A stretch of 64,000 bases of DNA, taken from the NCBI GenBank assembly GCA_020048645.1, contig JAIFMG010000047.1:3552-67551 (forward strand), given 5' to 3'. Positions within the stretch are counted from its first letter, which is position 1. The number at the start of each line of letters is the position of its first letter. The position numbers and the translations under genes were made by a program. The notes beneath the pieces are model-generated. The model had not been told where the DNA came from. It worked only from the letters and a program-made list of their open reading frames with translations, and made no database searches. Positions 60,016-64,000 of the stretch are shown piece by piece. Source of the stretch: Bacteroidota bacterium. GTDB lineage: Bacteria; Bacteroidota; Bacteroidia; Bacteroidales; UBA6013.

Positions 60016-60537
60016 TTATCGGCCCAAGATGGCCAGCAGGTCCAGTTCGAGGCTGGCCTGCGGGGTCTCGATGATGCGGCCCAGCTCGCGGCCGTCGCGC
60101 AGGACGATGAAGGTGGGCACCTTCTGGATGTCCAGCCCCGAGAGGTCAACCCCGTGCGAGGACTTCTCGGCGTCGAGGCCCACCACCGCGACCTGGTCGG
60201 GCGGGAAGGCGAGCTGGTCCAGGATCTTGTAGAAGCGGGGCACCTCGCGGCGGCTGTCGGAGCACCAGGTGCCCAGGACGATCATGACCTCGTGCAGGGC
60301 CAGGCTGTCCGAGGGGATGCGCGCGAGGGCGGTCGCGTCGGGCTCGTATTCGTTGTAGCTGGCGTTGAACCATTGGGCGTGCTCGCCCGATTGCAGGCCG
60401 TTGCGGTCGCAGTGGCCCACGAGCACCTCCTGCTCGGCCTTGGCGTCGTAGAAGCTCTGGTTGCGCGGGGCGGGGGCGGGGCAGCCTGTCGCCAGCAGGG
60501 CCAGCAGGGCCAGGAAGATTGTTCGGGTCTTTTTCAT
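60016..60537 (-). CDS. Thioredoxin-fold lipoprotein (Thioredoxin_9-like, C-x-x-S motif)
   Basis: The start is at 60537 (MKKTRTIFLALLALLATGC), giving 173 aa. IVLGTWCSDSRREVPRFYKIL and KVPTFIVLRDGRELGRI are the thioredoxin-fold landmarks. The active-site position reads WCSDS, not CxxC. Confidence 0.65.
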   Translation of the reverse strand: MKKTRTIFLALLALLATGCPAPAPRNQSFYDAKAEQEVLVGHCDRNGLQSGEHAQWFNASYNEYEPDATALARIPSDSLALHEVMIVLGTWCSDSRREVPRFYKILDQLAFPPDQVAVVGLDAEKSSHGVDLSGLDIQKVPTFIVLRDGRELGRIIETPQASLELDLLAILGR

Positions 60538-60608
60538 TTCGTGGGGAAGGATTGTTGTTTGGTCTGTGGGGAAAGCTAAGCAAAAACCACCAAGCAGGCA
60601 AGTTCTCG

Positions 60609-61949
60609 TCAGGCTTTGGGCGCGAGCAGCCGAAGCCGGCGCCGGGTGTGCCACCAGGCGAAGAGCGCCGCCGACCAGTTGATGCCCAGGATGGACCACC
60701 AGATGCCCCAGATGCCCGTGCGCAGCCAGAAGACCATGGCCCCGAACAACAGGGCCGGCATGGCGATCTGGCGAAAAAGCCCGATCCAAAGCCCGAACAT
60801 CGGGCGCTTGAGGGCTTGCGTGACCGAGACCGACAGGTTCAGCAGCACGTAGGAGTTGAACACCAGCACGGCCACGGCCAGGTAGTCCTCGCCAATGGCC
60901 ACGACCGAGGCCTCGTCCGTGAAAAGCCGGATGAGCCAGCCGTCGGCCAGGAAGACCAGCGCCATGCCCACGCTCATGATGATGATGCCGTAGCGCAGGG
61001 TCAGGCCGTAGGCTTCGCGGGCCCGCGCGACCAGGCCCGCCCCCAAGCTCTGCCCCGCGACCGAGAGCAGTGCGATGTTCAGGCCGATCGTGGGCAGCAG
61101 CGCCAGTTGCTCGATGCGCGTGGCGATGCCGTAGGCGGCCACGGCCTCCTTGCCGTAGTGGCTGATGAAGTAGGTGATGACGAACACGCCGATGGCCACC
61201 GTCATCATGTTCAGGCTCGAGGGGATGCCCTGGCGGCTGATCTCGGCGTAATACCGGGCCGAGGGCATGAAGTCGCGCCAGCCGTAGCCTTTCCAGAGGC
61301 CCGAGGCCAGCAGCTTGTAGAGCAGGAACACCGACCCGAAGGCCTGGATGGCCACCGTAGCCCACGCGATGCCGGCGATGCCCATGGCCGGGACCCCGAG
61401 CCCGCCGTAGAGGAACCAGGGGTCGAGCACGATGTTCAGGAAGAAGCCCAGCACCAGGAAGTCGCGGTAGCTGCGGCTGTCGCCCCGGGCCGTCAGCGCC
61501 CCGTTGATAACGCCGTTCGGCACGAAGAACAAGCCGCCCAGCAGCACCACTTCCATGTAGGCCATGGCCGTGTCGAGGTACTCGCCCTCGGCCCCCATGA
61601 GCCGGAACAGCGGCTCGGCCACCTCCTGCCCCACGAGCGCCAGGCCGACGCCCAGCCAGAGCGAGAGCACGAAGGCCTGGGCCGAGACCCGCTGCGCCTC
61701 GGCCATATCGCCCCTTCCCAACGCGTTGGCCACCAGCGCGGTGGTGGCCGTCCCGTAGCCCATGCCCAGCGAGAGGATCATGAAGAAGACCGGAAACGAG
61801 AGCGAAAGCCCTGCGAGGGCCTCCGTCGAGATCTCGCCGGCGAAGTAGGTGTCCACCACGTTGAGCAGCGTGTTGAACAGGAAGCCCAGGCTGGCGGGCA
61901 GGGCCATGCGCGCCAAGGTCTTCGGCAGAGGGCCGGTCGTCAGGTCCAT
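60609..61949 (-). CDS. MATE family efflux transporter
   Basis: 446 aa. LARMALPASLGFLFNTLLNVVDTYFAGEISTEALAGLSLSFPVFF is present. There are 12 TM helices and an internal duplication (GIATRIEQLALLP). Confidence 0.88.
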   Translation of the reverse strand: MDLTTGPLPKTLARMALPASLGFLFNTLLNVVDTYFAGEISTEALAGLSLSFPVFFMILSLGMGYGTATTALVANALGRGDMAEAQRVSAQAFVLSLWLGVGLALVGQEVAEPLFRLMGAEGEYLDTAMAYMEVVLLGGLFFVPNGVINGALTARGDSRSYRDFLVLGFFLNIVLDPWFLYGGLGVPAMGIAGIAWATVAIQAFGSVFLLYKLLASGLWKGYGWRDFMPSARYYAEISRQGIPSSLNMMTVAIGVFVITYFISHYGKEAVAAYGIATRIEQLALLPTIGLNIALLSVAGQSLGAGLVARAREAYGLTLRYGIIIMSVGMALVFLADGWLIRLFTDEASVVAIGEDYLAVAVLVFNSYVLLNLSVSVTQALKRPMFGLWIGLFRQIAMPALLFGAMVFWLRTGIWGIWWSILGINWSAALFAWWHTRRRLRLLAPKA

Positions 61950-62024
61950 GTTTTCGTTTTGGGGGATGGGGTGGGAGAGGATGGAGGCAGTGTCAAAGCC
62001 GGCGGAGTGAAGGCCGGGCGGCTG

Positions 62025-62477
62025 CTATTGGGGGCGGGCGTAGCGGATGAGCTTGCCTTCCGAATGGGGATCGGTGGCCAGGCGCAGGAACTCGCGCTCG
62101 TCGAGGCTGTCCAGGAGCAGCCAGCGGGCGGCGTAGCTGAAGTAGGTGAAGGTCTTGACGAAGTAGTTGTGCCGCTCGGCCCGCTCGTTGAACAGGTTGC
62201 TGACCACCACTTGGTAGGGCCCGCTGGTGAGCACGGCCGTCCGGCCCTTGCGCTCCTGGCTCTCGCGCTCGAACCGCTGGTCGATGTAGTGGTTCAGCTC
62301 GTCCACGTTGAACAGGAACTCCGCCTTCCGAAGGTCCGAGATGGAGTCGTAGTCGGGCGAGTAGTCCGGGTCGGACAGCACGAGCCGCATGTAGCCGAAG
62401 ACATCCTCGATGGATATGGCTCCCTCGAAATATTGCAGGGTCAGCTTTCTTTCAGGGATGATCTTGTAAAGCAGCAT
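62025..62477 (-). CDS. Hypothetical protein (150 aa)
   Basis: The ORF has good third-position GC bias and sits between rpe and the MATE gene on the same strand. No motif was recognised with confidence. A SpoIIAA/STAS-like fold is only a guess. Confidence 0.55.
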   Translation of the reverse strand: MLLYKIIPERKLTLQYFEGAISIEDVFGYMRLVLSDPDYSPDYDSISDLRKAEFLFNVDELNHYIDQRFERESQERKGRTAVLTSGPYQVVVSNLFNERAERHNYFVKTFTYFSYAARWLLLDSLDEREFLRLATDPHSEGKLIRYARPQ

Positions 62478-62502
62478 GTTGTCGGCGTGTTGGGGCAGGG
62501 CC

Positions 62503-63153
62503 TCAGCCCCTTTTCAGGTTGGCGATGGCCTCGATGGGCTCCTTGGCCTTGAACACGTAGCTACCCGCCACCAGCACGGTGGCCCCGGCGCGGACCAGCG
62601 AAAGGGCGTTCTCGGCGTTGATGCCGCCGTCCACCTCCACCAGCGGCTCACTGCCCGTCCGGGCCATCATCTCCTTGAGCTTGGCCAGCTTGAGCAGGGT
62701 GCTGCCGATGAACTTCTGCCCGCCGAAGCCCGGGTTGACGGACATGATGAGCACCAGGTCGAGCAGCGGCAGGACCTCCTCGAGGGCCGAGACCGGAGTG
62801 TGCGGGTTCAGGGCCACGCCCACCTTCATCTTGTTCTCGCGGATCAGCTCGATGGTGCGGTGCAGGTGCCGGCAGGCCTCCACGTGGACCGTCAGGATGT
62901 CGGCCCCCGCCCGCGAGAAGGCCGACACGTAGCGCGCCGGATCCTCGATCATCAGGTGGACGTCCAGCGGCTTCTGCGTGCGCGCCCGGACGGCCTCCAG
63001 GATTGGGAAGCCGAACGAGATGTTGGGCACGAACAGGCCGTCCATCACGTCAAGGTGGATCCAGTCCGCGGTGCTGCGGTTGAGCATCTGCACGTCTTTC
63101 TCAAGGTTGGCGAAATCCGCCGAAAGCAAGGAGGGCGCTACGAAGTGGGGCAT
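62503..63153 (-). CDS. rpe: Ribulose-phosphate 3-epimerase
   Basis: 216 aa. APSLLSADFANLEKDV, HLDVMDGLFVPNISFG, MSVNPGFGGQKFI, VDGGIN. Confidence 0.95.
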   Translation of the reverse strand: MPHFVAPSLLSADFANLEKDVQMLNRSTADWIHLDVMDGLFVPNISFGFPILEAVRARTQKPLDVHLMIEDPARYVSAFSRAGADILTVHVEACRHLHRTIELIRENKMKVGVALNPHTPVSALEEVLPLLDLVLIMSVNPGFGGQKFIGSTLLKLAKLKEMMARTGSEPLVEVDGGINAENALSLVRAGATVLVAGSYVFKAKEPIEAIANLKRG

Positions 63154-63229
63154 GTCGCGGGGGGGCTTTGTGGGTTTTGGGACAAGGGAGCCAAGCGGGC
63201 TCCCTGGGTGCGAATTTCAACCATCTTCG

Positions 63230-63264
63230 CCAGAAAAACAAGAGCCCGCGCCCGAAAGGCGCGG
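63230..63264 (-). terminator. Possible rho-independent terminator downstream of the AbiEii-like gene
   Basis: The minus strand has a CCGCGCC-tttcg-GGCGCGG 7-bp stem followed by GCTCTTGTTTTTCTG. It lies about 110 nt after the stop at 63372. Confidence 0.35.
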
Positions 63265-63371
63265 CGGCTTGCCGCGGTGGGGCATTTTTGCAACAACAAT
63301 AGTGCGGTCAGGGCTGGGCCCAGGCCACTTTCAAGCACAACAAGCCATTGGTGATGAAAACATTGTTGAGG

Positions 63372-64000
63372 CTATTTTTTTATGTATTCATTGGCTTTCG
63401 AAGTGATTTGCTTTTTTATTTTGCCCCAGTTCGACTTCTCAATCGTTTGTGGATCAGGTTCTAATTCAGCATCATCGAAATAGGTCAGACTTTTGAGAAT
63501 ATGGAATTTATTTGTGTTTGGAAATTTTCTTTCGAAAAAGTCAAACATTTGTTCAAAGCTGAAAATATTTAGAAGATAGTGAATGTCGTAAAAATCCTTT
63601 TTTGAACCTCTTCCTGCAACTGCTGATAGTTTCATTGGAATAATATCTTCTATCGAAAGCAATCGGATAGAATCTTCTTCAAGGATGGGATTTATCAAGG
63701 GATACGAATATTTGATCAAATCGATTTTGACGATATTATCAGACTTTTCGGGAAATATGATGTTGAAATTGAGGGTATTGTTTGCTTCTGTCAAATCTTT
63801 GATTTCAAAAACATTGCCAAGCCTTTCCGAAAGTCTCTTTGTGTCAAAATCTTTTTGAGTGAACAAGCCTATATCCACCGAGAATCGGTGTCCCAATTGT
63901 AGTGCCAATGCGGTTCCGCCTACAAGAAAAAAATCTTGAAGCTCCTGCATTTTCATTAGCTCTTTTAATAATTCCAAAGTTTTTGGATAGACGGTTCTGT
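63372..64000 (-). CDS. Nucleotidyltransferase AbiEii/AbiGii-type toxin family protein, 5'-truncated by the window edge
   Basis: The frame stays open upstream of the listed TTG start (...RTVYPKTLELLKELMKMQELQDFFLVGGTALALQLGHRFSVDIGLF). GRGSKKDFYDIHYLL fits the DUF1814/AbiEii pattern. The gene is AT-rich, unlike its neighbours. Confidence 0.7.
   Translation of the reverse strand, partial: RTVYPKTLELLKELMKMQELQDFFLVGGTALALQLGHRFSVDIGLFTQKDFDTKRLSERLGNVFEIKDLTEANNTLNFNIIFPEKSDNIVKIDLIKYSYPLINPILEEDSIRLLSIEDIIPMKLSAVAGRGSKKDFYDIHYLLNIFSFEQMFDFFERKFPNTNKFHILKSLTYFDDAELEPDPQTIEKSNWGKIKKQITSKANEYIKK

Overview
High-GC window with the hallmarks of a Bacteroidota chromosome (inference). These are a T9SS type-B cargo gene next to a PorP/SprF gene, TAnnTTTG-type promoter boxes, and a str-S10-spc-alpha ribosomal cluster without tuf, adk or map. 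The real genes show strong third-codon-position GC bias, so stop-free shadow ORFs cover the other frames and the opposite strand. Those shadow ORFs were rejected.

Gene content from left to right:
- A 5'-truncated LytTR regulator, followed by waaA.
- A 1356-aa SprB-repeat adhesin, its PorP/SprF partner, and a small predicted beta-barrel protein.
- A visibly AT-rich islet carrying one AAA-ATPase-like/PD-(D/E)XK gene.
- A TonB-dependent receptor and a MORN/YwqK-like lipoprotein.
- A 1104-aa protein fusing a 12-TM permease, HEAT-like repeats and a cNMP-binding-like domain.
- A convergent marR-MFP-RND-TolC efflux operon with a perfect palindromic operator candidate.
- About 700 bp of GC-rich non-coding DNA, then an Nramp transporter.
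- A second, colinear copy of the giant permease fusion.
- tsaB, a DJ-1/PfpI protein and a GT4 glycosyltransferase, with overlapping start and stop codons.
- A T9SS-secreted endonuclease I, then TIGR02757, GNAT, TetR, ABC1-kinase and SGNH-lipoprotein genes.
- 32 contiguous translation genes from rpsL to rplQ, including fusA, secY, infA, rpmJ and rpoA, followed by eno.
- A roughly 440-bp AT-rich spacer.
- A TonB-dependent receptor with a DsrE-like lipoprotein, facing a thioredoxin-like lipoprotein.
- MATE, a hypothetical gene, and rpe.
- An AT-rich, edge-truncated AbiEii-type toxin gene.

No rRNA, tRNA, CRISPR array, transposase or integrase was recognised.

The most interesting items:
- The duplicated permease-HEAT-CNB fusion.
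- The exported DsrE-like (CPHC) and thioredoxin-like module beside a TonB-dependent receptor.
- The low-GC insertions.
- Two unexplained non-coding regions, one GC-rich and one AT-rich.

All family assignments come from reading motifs by eye, not from database searches.
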